Shown here: positions 58,101 through 64,000 of the stretch, in pieces
Numbering within the stretch: the first letter of the stretch is position 1
Layout of the letters: the number at the start of each line of letters is the position of its first letter
NCBI GenBank assembly: GCA_963710755.1
Contig: CAVQBK010000006.1
Span: 128,001 to 192,000, forward strand
Direction of reading: 5' to 3'
DNA length: 64,000 nucleotides
DNA from: an uncultured bacterium
Lineage (GTDB): Bacteria > Oederibacteriota > JAAXVQ01 > JAUVAV01
Program-made: the position numbers and the translations under genes
The notes under the pieces: model-generated
What the model was told of the DNA's origin: nothing
Databases searched by the model: none
Seen by the model: only the letters and a program-made list of their open reading frames with translations

Positions 58101-59963
58101 TGGAATGTTTTGCTTGGCGAAATCCTGGCTCACGGCCTTGACAGCGTGGGGGCAATGGTTATGGGGTTGCGTGGGAAGATGCCAGACACCCTATTGACCC
58201 ATATCCCCCCTACTGATATTTCTTTTCATTTTTCCAAACTGCCCGCTCCTCCGGAAATAAAATCCGCTGTGGCTGTCCGTGTCGACGGCGCCAGGAAAGC
58301 CGCAGGCCGGGTGCTGCGGGTTGATCCGGCCCAGGCCGTGCTTGAGCTATGGCATGACCCCGGCATGCTCGGGTATGACTTCACTAAATATTCAGCCGGA
58401 ACTCCCTCACCTGGCTCGGAGGTTAGTTTTCGCCGTGCCTCCGGCAAGACCATTCAAGAGATCATGGAATCAGAACCTGAGGCGATTGCCGCCGTCAACG
58501 GTCAAACCGATAATATGTGGTGCACCAACAGCCTGATGGTCGTGAACGGCGAAGTCATCGAGCGTTCTGCTCCAGGGGTCAGAACTGATAGGTTCATTGA
58601 ACCTGAAGGTATTTTTTCATTTTTCGTCTTAGACCCGGGTCAAGTCGGGATTCAGGAAGTGGAATTCAAGAATGGACGGCCGGTTAAGCCACTGACATTT
58701 AGAAATGGTTTAGCTTGCCCGCCCTTGATTCAGAATCACGAGTTGCAAAAGAAGATCCGGCAAAGTCAACCCAACACGCGTCCCAATGAAGTGCTTTGGG
58801 ACCCAGAGAGAACCCAATTTTCCGCTTCTGCTATTGGCAAGGATGACCATGGCAATGTTTGCCTCATCACTCTGCTGGGTGATCCTGATCAGGGAAATGA
58901 AATCCGTTTACAAGATGTAATCGACTTGGGGCAACAAATGAACCTTGCGGACATGTCGATTTTAGGAGTCAGCGGTGATGCCCAGCAGTCCTTGGTTGGC
59001 GTGGAAAATCCTAACTTAATCGCCAGGGCCCGTGCCGGATCTTCCATGGCCGTTTATGTGAATGGCCGGCCATTGAGCAGTGCAATTTTGGTAAAAAGCA
59101 GGAGAACAATTTTTAACTCTGATCAATTGAGTAGAAAAAGCGAGGAAGGCCATGGGTCTAAAGCGAAAGTACCAACCGCCGAATCTGCTCAAGTTGCCAC
59201 CTACCGCATCGCCTTTGCCGATGGACAAGCCGAGATCACGGTGGAAAATGATCCCTTCCACGGCGCTTTGAATGCTCTGCTCCGCGAATCCATGCCGGGC
59301 TATTTTAGTCGGGACCGGGCCGAGGCTGCAGCTATTGGCCGCGAAGACCGGCCGCAGCAATTTGACCTCGCCTGGGATTCTCATTTGGGCGTGATTCATT
59401 TCCTTTTCAATTTGTTTTCGGGTAACTTTATAACGTCGGACCAAGAACCAACCATTCATTTGCCTGCCAACCTGGTTGACTGGTATACCCGGCCGGGATG
59501 GAAACACAGGTTAGCAAAAATCTTGCTCAAGGCGATTATTGCATTCAGCGGTTGGCAGCGGTATGAGGTCATGGCCCGCTGGAAGAGAATCATTAACCGC
59601 CACCAGCAAGCGGGCGATGACATGAAAATTGCGGCCCAACTCCTGAAGCGGCAGGTGTTCACTCATGTCGGCCTATCGACATCAGCGCTTTTGCTGGCAA
59701 GCTATGAAGCTTTGGTTGTATCCCCAACGGATGAAAAGGAATTGATGGCACGGCTGAAACTACTGCATGAGATGAAGCCGTTCGGTTTTAAGACCATTCG
59801 AGTCGCCCTACCCTCAGGTCAACTTCTGGCCTTGCCTGTGCCGGCAAAGGTTGATTTGATGCAGGCGATTATTCGACAATTAAGAAGCAGTGGAATAAAG
59901 GCCTTTGATCACCAGCCTGCACGGCCAATACGACGATTGCATCGTTTCCTGTCCTCGGCATAG
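52122..59963 (+). CDS. 2613-aa modular membrane-associated polyprotein (ChaN/TIKI-like, kinase-like, GNAT, SAM methyltransferase, phosphodiester glycosidase modules)
   Basis: Single open frame of 7.8 kb; signal peptide; motifs IQDLH/VGEEG/ITGGFH, DDHLQNILL/FLDRG, VELLAIDP...GTGV, LVLGPG/FDLIYS, AAVNG/SAIGKD; hydrophobic linkers between modules. Confidence 0.85.
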   Translation: MQSTFHKIITLLTTLTFLSPILGWSFEPGHYTVHAGSLFEFQWRGKAITLPQPWGEIEKRFSGQDKLIIHIQDLHCNHEVQKNIAEIIGHLAQSVGAKKGSPLLVGEEGSFNTVNVDPIRSFPIPEIREAVSDYFVKQGKLTGAEYYAATGKYPVRLEGIETPKLYNDSLAAVRSFLNPESQGYMMDLREMLNSLKPSIYNQELSALDRARTDYREGKLDVLAYATRLTKFAYRIVGARHAVPLRQYPNLENYLNLGHKLFGPGVEPDQLFHEMDALDQALREKFYTSNLQHELDAQTHRLDVIEKLLNISATPEELQEFRNGREQFRVGKFVEFFQTVGNGPRMLGAQRDRSLIDSGIYALDHYLTEVEIFYRLSDLRSHSFVTNLLNKMNAGHQTVAVIITGGFHTDGLLAGLHKQGFECLSIKPRLTKQDVANPYFSILQGKKLPLEKLLAKNQTLLAPRVWMENGNNGFGQVATILQAALAMAEGMQKLTRPYQKRLKIWTKKHNLKNTLQFWTPDQIKKLGIKMPKNCTLYIARSSANKVRPIIVAEYHTLAGGIKIAKQASSANARKAKRNLVKFKTMAITVAEDMPQAYLLLRSMQRYERGVTFSPLLEAPFEMFKSAIKNPVVYFTQFHQADTGKWWLRTLGLSLMMSLALVLVVVGAFIMGGKSIRPASQRRSAKQTLDWIEQTLKNIHTLWNRYVPAGQLQENQNATIISISRLVDQGKLDEANEEIKLVVEQEMDFVKYCHPATSRYKLPIPWLKEFGLKHVFDESHLRRNNIYYSEDELRKILTASLYLVSGYYLKSGPDISHVQPNSYGQITQPISLKNLKEVQAFHTAAKATKYVDPSPTSGKVYIGKFPVGGIANELLGQGWFHLLGFSTVDMKYLPDSSSLISEWVENTVTLQAYITKTLVNSFLFKPEIIASNLLPDSFRKVIEESKLADVVIQLTDDHLQNILLKVDHHGQLLPFPPIFLDRGNCFGFHVDPLTGESLVQGTYRGAFEEESLTSGMDTGHYLRGEQTFHLFARRENMQEMADRIAQVTEEQIANLIAGVMREMGTDYPSDPQFQPETLKTNWMDAIATVKKVFDIDTTPVVENPYGKKSVTYTRNHAPKPPSSGAFKFWEKVGLSQAWAGRIEGFTGALGFLLWLVHAGLTTAPPDWLAWMNPLAYHLLIPTAVVWLAFYLGHLIFGIYGENPADLQASALNAWKATNLAAGATLLFPAVVAGLMASQWLAPLGLALSAAIILAALASGWLHGEVNQPSLQLSHWLGNYHEKLKKYSVLHKTVPNTNRRVSGSNSAEPPTTLEAIYKRILAVNVNISKDQKEKKDKSAILWLAYNRLRDGKIMSALASKFNQDPNPDYLIEYIEDQEHIQGYVVFSQDQPGQARDTRSVYVELLAIDPRDFGTGVSQNLMQRVIDYARRHHFKTVIVRTLKINEKLNRFYKGLDQKISNISVDGPRDAFDDPNAVQYTYFLSDKSSSDTLHSKLLRNRSVIVSKGLAPVKLAFSIAILLAPLASGWLHGKSNELLSSKKMFRWIAPIGLRSTLEDLAMLRPIAGLAKFLSAWKNLVYLFFPETIKIKNPKLVELYLRCLPEATPYSVQFSEDHSWQVSLYKSIASWRTDRRYLAFKRESAGGVYWHDIDERTTSANPERARLTIKNKRRAQREAVDFFSRKAKNTISERNERTRALVLGPGRSLTEPLALLEEFPEISEMILIDYADINILPLYQELSALPEETRRKFRLEHTPFLNNALPTGFFDLIYSRDTLRSDMFYNELPSVWHEINRLLKEAGLFFGTGDAPAFDNSLLPNYGLNVLFEVEGSPWLVLEKPKGKIPNTEKPVTVTESQPLNLPGAAAAALLSGLLAMLALSIPGLNMALSGFFLWNLVKAGWMAGQLAKRHGWNMFRHLGQNVGAYNPLLSVMVDPEHPSEAIMEAPFFVRAHEQVAHRWAQIIVDWILKQSNGQSLSHYAEVAQAAQVQGQRGPWQYYLWNVLLGEILAHGLDSVGAMVMGLRGKMPDTLLTHIPPTDISFHFSKLPAPPEIKSAVAVRVDGARKAAGRVLRVDPAQAVLELWHDPGMLGYDFTKYSAGTPSPGSEVSFRRASGKTIQEIMESEPEAIAAVNGQTDNMWCTNSLMVVNGEVIERSAPGVRTDRFIEPEGIFSFFVLDPGQVGIQEVEFKNGRPVKPLTFRNGLACPPLIQNHELQKKIRQSQPNTRPNEVLWDPERTQFSASAIGKDDHGNVCLITLLGDPDQGNEIRLQDVIDLGQQMNLADMSILGVSGDAQQSLVGVENPNLIARARAGSSMAVYVNGRPLSSAILVKSRRTIFNSDQLSRKSEEGHGSKAKVPTAESAQVATYRIAFADGQAEITVENDPFHGALNALLRESMPGYFSRDRAEAAAIGREDRPQQFDLAWDSHLGVIHFLFNLFSGNFITSDQEPTIHLPANLVDWYTRPGWKHRLAKILLKAIIAFSGWQRYEVMARWKRIINRHQQAGDDMKIAAQLLKRQVFTHVGLSTSALLLASYEALVVSPTDEKELMARLKLLHEMKPFGFKTIRVALPSGQLLALPVPAKVDLMQAIIRQLRSSGIKAFDHQPARPIRRLHRFLSSA
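52827..52854. repeat. Perfect GTAG-type REP palindrome inside coding sequence
   Basis: GTAGGGGCACGGCATGCCGTGCCCCTAC, translated in frame as VGARHAVPL. Confidence 0.85.
55879..56702 (+). repeat. Exact 26-bp direct repeat bracketing the GNAT module
   Basis: CCCTGGCCAGCGGCTGGCTGCATGGA at 55879-55904 and 56677-56702, 798 bp (266 codons) apart. Confidence 0.9.
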
Positions 59964-59989
59964 TCATGGCACGCTAATCCCGCGGGATC

Positions 59990-60029
59990 AAAAAAAAGGC
60001 TTCCCGGCTAAAACCGGAAAGCCTTTTTT
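59990..60029. terminator. Bidirectional intrinsic terminator between the polyprotein gene and glnA
   Basis: A8-GGCTTCCCGG-CTAAAA-CCGGAAAGCC-T6 between convergent genes. Confidence 0.85.
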
Positions 60030-60060
60030 ATTTAACGATTTAGAAAGAATGATGTCCTGA

Positions 60061-61485
60061 TTAAATATCGAAGTAAAGGGCAAATTCCCAGGGATGAGGC
60101 CGCAGGTCCATGGCCGCAGCTTCATTGTCGGTCTTATAGTCAATCCAGTTATCCACCACGTCCTGGGTGAAGACATCACCTTTGGTCAAATAGCCGTGAT
60201 CGCCGGACAGGGCACCCAAAGCTTCGCGCAAGGAACCGGGAGTCTTGGGAACCTGGGCTGCTTCTTCGGCCGGCAGATCATAAATATTTTTATCCAAAGG
60301 CTGGCCAGGATGAATCTTGTTTTGGATACCATCGGCTGCTGCCATGGCAATGGCCGCAAAAGCCAGGTAAGGATTACAGCTGGGATCAGGACAGCGGAAT
60401 TCAATGCGTTTGGCTTTGGGAGAGTTGCTGTACATGGGGATACGCACGGCCGCGCTGCGGTTGCGGCTGGAATAAGCCAGATTCACGGGCGCTTCGAACC
60501 CGGGCACCAGGCGTTTATAGGAGTTGGTGGTGGGATTGGTGAAGGCCAGGAGTGAAGGCGCGTGTTTCAGGATACCGCCAATAGCATAGAGTGCGGTTTC
60601 GGAGAGGCCGGCATAACCGTCGCCGGCAAAGAGGTTCTTGCCGTCTTTCCACAGGGAGAAGTGGCAATGCATGCCGGAACCGTTGTCGCCAAAGAGCGGC
60701 TTGGGCATGAAGGTCACGGTCTTGCAGAATTCGCGGGCCGTGTTTTTAACCACGTATTTGAATTTGAGCAGGTTGTCGGCACACTGCACCAATTCACTAA
60801 ACTTGGTGCCGATTTCGCACTGGCCGCCGGTGGCCACTTCATGATGGTGCAGTTCCACTTCAATACCGACTTTTTCCAGCTTCTCGGAAATTTCACTGCG
60901 CAGGTTGTGCATGGTGTCCATGGGCGGTACCGGGAAATAGCCTTCTTTATGGCGGATCTTATAGCCCAGGTTCGGACCTTCATCGGTTCCGGTGTTCCAC
61001 TTACCTTCCACTGAGTCAATGGAGTAATAACCTTCATGGGCATTTTGGTCAAAGCGGACATCATCAAAAACAAAGAATTCCGGTTCAGGGCCGAAGAAGA
61101 CCTGATCAGCCACACCAATGGATTTAAGGTAATTTACGGCCTTGATGGCCACATGGCGGGGATCACGGGTATAATCTTCACCGGTAATAGGATCACAGAT
61201 GTTGCAGACCATCACCAAGGTTTTATGTGCCATGAAGGGGTCAATAAATGCCGATGACGGAACAGGTTTGATAAGCATATCTGATTCATTAATGGCCTGC
61301 CAGCCGCGAATACTGGAACCATCGAACCCCTTGCCCTTTTCAAAGGTTTCTTCCTCAATGGCCGATGCCGGGTAGGTACAATGCTGCCATACGCCGGGAA
61401 AGTCCATGAAACGCAGGTCCACAAATTTAACTTCTTCTTTTTTAATCAAATCCAAAACATCTTTGGCTGTTTTAATCTCACTCAT
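60061..61485 (-). CDS. glnA: Type I glutamine synthetase
   Basis: [46 protein letters not shown]; adenylylation site NIYDLP. Confidence 0.98.
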   Translation of the reverse strand: MSEIKTAKDVLDLIKKEEVKFVDLRFMDFPGVWQHCTYPASAIEEETFEKGKGFDGSSIRGWQAINESDMLIKPVPSSAFIDPFMAHKTLVMVCNICDPITGEDYTRDPRHVAIKAVNYLKSIGVADQVFFGPEPEFFVFDDVRFDQNAHEGYYSIDSVEGKWNTGTDEGPNLGYKIRHKEGYFPVPPMDTMHNLRSEISEKLEKVGIEVELHHHEVATGGQCEIGTKFSELVQCADNLLKFKYVVKNTAREFCKTVTFMPKPLFGDNGSGMHCHFSLWKDGKNLFAGDGYAGLSETALYAIGGILKHAPSLLAFTNPTTNSYKRLVPGFEAPVNLAYSSRNRSAAVRIPMYSNSPKAKRIEFRCPDPSCNPYLAFAAIAMAAADGIQNKIHPGQPLDKNIYDLPAEEAAQVPKTPGSLREALGALSGDHGYLTKGDVFTQDVVDNWIDYKTDNEAAAMDLRPHPWEFALYFDI

Positions 61486-61630
61486 TGATCAGACCTCCTT
61501 GATTTAGTAATAAAATTCAACGCTGAGCACTTTACCACAAAACTTTTTAAATGGATATGTCATTCCGTTTTTTTTCTATAATCGCGCCACCTCGTTTCGA
61601 ACCCCCATGAATAAATTTAGGATAATAATT

Positions 61631-61646
61631 TGCAATTGTCATGCCA
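61631..61646 (-). promoter_or_regulatory. Sigma54 (-24/-12) promoter of glnA
   Basis: TGGCATGACAATTGCA on the minus strand with canonical GG-N10-GC spacing. Confidence 0.8.
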
Positions 61647-61763
61647 CTCCGGAAAATCGAGTCCCCTAAAGTAAACGTTGTCCATTTAGGCTTGATAATC
61701 AAGTAAATTGTGAGGAAAAGGCTTGTTGAAACAATCAGGTTTCGCTAGACTTTTTCAGCATTT

Positions 61764-61810
61764 ATTACGTTTGTGTAATACAAAGCCCGACATAATTACA
61801 ATTGTGTGTC
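61764..61810. promoter_or_regulatory. Candidate tandem enhancer sites upstream of the glnA sigma54 promoter
   Basis: TACG-TTTG-TGTA (61766-61777) and TACA-ATTG-TGTG (61797-61808). Confidence 0.45.
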
Positions 61811-61874
61811 CGATAAATAATACGGTTACGGAGGCCGTAATCGCCGGTGACGCTGGCCCTGGCCGAAGCCAGGA

Positions 61875-63413
61875 CTAGGATTTGTAATATTTGGGCAGAA
61901 TATTATATTTTCTAATCTTATAATTGAAAATACGCTCTGTCAATCCCAGGAGCATGCTGGCGTTTTTTTGATGGCCATTGGTTTTTTTCAAGGCATCAAT
62001 AATTAACTCTTTTTCCTTGTTGGCCATGATTTCATCAAAGGACCCCGGTGACGGCCCGGTCTCTTTTTTGTCAGCCATGCGCAACGACGGCGGCAGATGC
62101 TCGGAACGGATCACGCCTTCCTGACACAGGAGCACCGCCCGCTCCAGGCAGTTTTCCAGTTCGCGCACATTACCCGGCCAATGATAGCTGGTTAACATCT
62201 CAATCGCCGGGGTGCTGATGCGCTTGATCTGCACATTGTTTTCCTTGCTGTATTTTTCCAAAAAATGGTCGGCCAACAGCATGATGTCATCCTTACGCTC
62301 CCGCAGTGGTGGCAAATAAATGGGAAAAACATTGATGCGGTAATACAAATCCTCCCGGAAGCTCTGGGCAGCAATAGCTTCTTCCAGGTTTTTATTAGTG
62401 GCGGCCACCAGCCGCACATTGACTTTGATGGTCTGCCTGCCTCCCAGACGTTCAAATTCACGGGTCTGCAAAACCCTCAGCAGTTTCACCTGCAGGCTGG
62501 GTGGAAAATCCCCGATTTCATCCAAAAACAACGTGCCGCCCTGAGCCCATTCAAAGCGGCCGATTTTCCGGTCTACTGCGCCCGTAAAAGCGCCCTTCTC
62601 ATGACCGAACAGTTCACTTTCCAGCAGGGTTTCAGGAAAAGCGTTACAGTTGACTTTAATAAACGGTTTCTGTGCCCGGGCGCTCAGGTAATGCAGGGCA
62701 TGGGCCACCAATTCCTTGCCCGTGCCGCTTTCTCCACGAATCAGGACCGTGGTCATGGAATCCGCAGCTTGTTCGATAAGACGGTAAACTTCCTGCATGG
62801 CATTGGAGGTGCCGATCATGTTGGTCACATTGAAGCGCTGTTTTAAATCCAGTTTGAGCCGTAAATTTTCATCAGTCAGATTTTTTTTATCCAATTCCAG
62901 GCGACGGTTAAGTCGAATGGCCTGGGCAATCATGGGACTCATGATCTTCAAAAAACGGGCATCATTTTCCTGATGCCAACCCCCGCTAATTTCTTTGTCT
63001 ACGCTCAGCGCGCCAATGGTTTTACCTTCCAGTTTAATCGGGACACAGATAAATGCCACTTGATGATTGCCTAAATTAGCCCGGGCACCGGTCCGGTCAA
63101 GAAAGCGTGGATCCTTACGGATGTCAGGGATAATTACAGACCGGCCGGTCTGCACCACTTTACCCGTAATCCCTTCACCGATCTGATATTTTCCCTGCTC
63201 CTGAGCCTTTTTGGAAAGGCCGTGGGCAAAGGAAATGGAAATCTTTTCCGTTTGTTCATCGAGCAAGGTGACTGTACCACGATGCAATTTCAACTTTTCC
63301 GATAAAATTTTTAAAATAGACCGGATGATTTCATTAAGATCCGTATGATCAGCCAAAATCTTGGCGGTCGTGTGCAGCATCTCGATTTGATCTTCATGAA
63401 TACTGGTGGCCAT
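61875..63413 (-). CDS. NifA-like sigma54-dependent activator (GAF, AAA+, Fis-type HTH)
   Basis: GAF (GEGITGKV...PRFLDRTG...FICVPI), Walker A GESGTGKE, ESELFGHEKGAFTGA, LFLDEIG, WPGNVRELEN; no receiver domain. Confidence 0.92.
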   Translation of the reverse strand: MATSIHEDQIEMLHTTAKILADHTDLNEIIRSILKILSEKLKLHRGTVTLLDEQTEKISISFAHGLSKKAQEQGKYQIGEGITGKVVQTGRSVIIPDIRKDPRFLDRTGARANLGNHQVAFICVPIKLEGKTIGALSVDKEISGGWHQENDARFLKIMSPMIAQAIRLNRRLELDKKNLTDENLRLKLDLKQRFNVTNMIGTSNAMQEVYRLIEQAADSMTTVLIRGESGTGKELVAHALHYLSARAQKPFIKVNCNAFPETLLESELFGHEKGAFTGAVDRKIGRFEWAQGGTLFLDEIGDFPPSLQVKLLRVLQTREFERLGGRQTIKVNVRLVAATNKNLEEAIAAQSFREDLYYRINVFPIYLPPLRERKDDIMLLADHFLEKYSKENNVQIKRISTPAIEMLTSYHWPGNVRELENCLERAVLLCQEGVIRSEHLPPSLRMADKKETGPSPGSFDEIMANKEKELIIDALKKTNGHQKNASMLLGLTERIFNYKIRKYNILPKYYKS

Positions 63414-63431
63414 AACTACTCCTAATCTATT

Positions 63432-63474
63432 TTACATTTTTGTATTTTACTAATACAAAAATACCATTTTGTCA
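63432..63474. promoter_or_regulatory. Candidate tandem enhancer sites upstream of the amtB sigma54 promoter
   Basis: TACA-TTTT-TGTA (63433-63444) and TACC-ATTT-TGTC (63462-63473); also inverted repeat TTTTTGTATT-N5-AATACAAAAA (63437-63461). Confidence 0.45.
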
Positions 63475-63595
63475 ACAAATGCTTTATCGGGATCATCTCC
63501 TTTCCAGCCTGTGCGCACTGACCTTCGTTGGTAAAAGCGTGGCTATTAAACCCTTTTTCCGTTTTTTAACGCCAATTTTCAGATCAACTTTTTTT

Positions 63596-63611
63596 TGGCA
63601 TTTTTCTTGCA
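63596..63611 (+). promoter_or_regulatory. Sigma54 (-24/-12) promoter of amtB
   Basis: TGGCATTTTTCTTGCA with canonical GG-N10-GC spacing. Confidence 0.8.
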
Positions 63612-63678
63612 AAGACTATATCTGTTTCCCCCAATTCATCATAATCTATTTTTTTCCGGAGAGGAGCGGTCTGTCTTT

Positions 63679-64000
63679 ATGTTTAATCATTTCAAAACAA
63701 GTTTTAAAAAATGGGGTTTAAAAGTTATAGCTTTGGTCCTGCTTGGTCTGCCGGTGGTGGCTCAAGCTGCCGACGGTCATGCTATCAGCGCCGGTGACAC
63801 CACTTTTATTATGATATCCTCAGCCCTGGTCATGCTGATGACGCCGGGATTGGGACTATTTTACGGTGGCATGGTGCGCCAGAAAAATGTGCTGGCCACC
63901 ATCTTACAAAGTTTTGTGGTGTTGGGCCTGATCAGCATACAATGGGCACTGTTTGGGTATTCCCTTGCTTTCGGGCAGGATATGCACGGCCTGATCGGCG
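63679..64000 (+). CDS. amtB: Ammonium transporter (5' part; runs off window end; not in ORF track)
   Basis: Manual translation [72 protein letters not shown]; GAGGAG RBS. Confidence 0.95.
   Translation, partial: MFNHFKTSFKKWGLKVIALVLLGLPVVAQAADGHAISAGDTTFIMISSALVMLMTPGLGLFYGGMVRQKNVLATILQSFVVLGLISIQWALFGYSLAFGQDMHGLIG

Noticed and set aside
57950-58140. HEQVAH...EILAH as a zincin metalloprotease site in the polyprotein
   Set aside because: Spacing is HExxxH rather than HExxH and the context is a short linker; not enough to call a domain
23618-60015. Shared 13-mer CCCGGCTAAAACC in the 23.6-kb RNA candidate (minus strand) and the 60.0-kb terminator
   Set aside because: A single short match in different structural contexts, plausible by chance in 64 kb
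61875-63413. Naming the activator nifA and inferring nitrogen fixation
   Set aside because: No nif structural genes in the window, and no TGT-N10-ACA site seen at the adjacent promoters

Overview
Bacterial chromosomal window with two halves. (1) 1-31.9 kb, all on the minus strand: a surface-protein/secretion locus. It holds four large signal-peptide proteins ending in T9SS-type C-terminal sorting domains (YPNPF...WxGxN...G...GxY; 1901, 3003, 1406 and 579 aa). It also holds three PorV/PorQ-like barrel proteins with unusual C-terminal fusions (two FlgD-Ig-like, one OmpA-like), a ~1060-aa TPR protein, and one TolQ/ExbB plus two TolR/ExbD motor genes. No porK/L/M/N or sprA homologue is visible in the window. 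(2) 32-64 kb: small accessory genes, then a nitrogen-assimilation cluster (ptsN-like, gltD, gltB, carB, carA, glnE with extra ACT-like domains, glnA, a GAF-AAA+ sigma54 activator, amtB) with two clear sigma54 promoters. A 2613-aa modular membrane polyprotein sits between glnE and glnA on the opposite strand. It has a ChaN/TIKI-like N-terminus, then kinase-like, GNAT, methyltransferase and phosphodiester-glycosidase modules separated by transmembrane linkers. One module is bracketed by an exact in-frame 26-bp direct repeat, and three GTAG-type REP palindromes lie in frame in its N-terminal domain. Two structured ncRNA candidates were found (47831-48006, 6S-like; 23556-23778, unknown). No rRNA, tRNA, CRISPR array or transposase was seen. 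The gene content suggests a diderm candidate-phylum organism outside Bacteroidota (inference only). All domain calls come from motif recognition by eye, not database searches.
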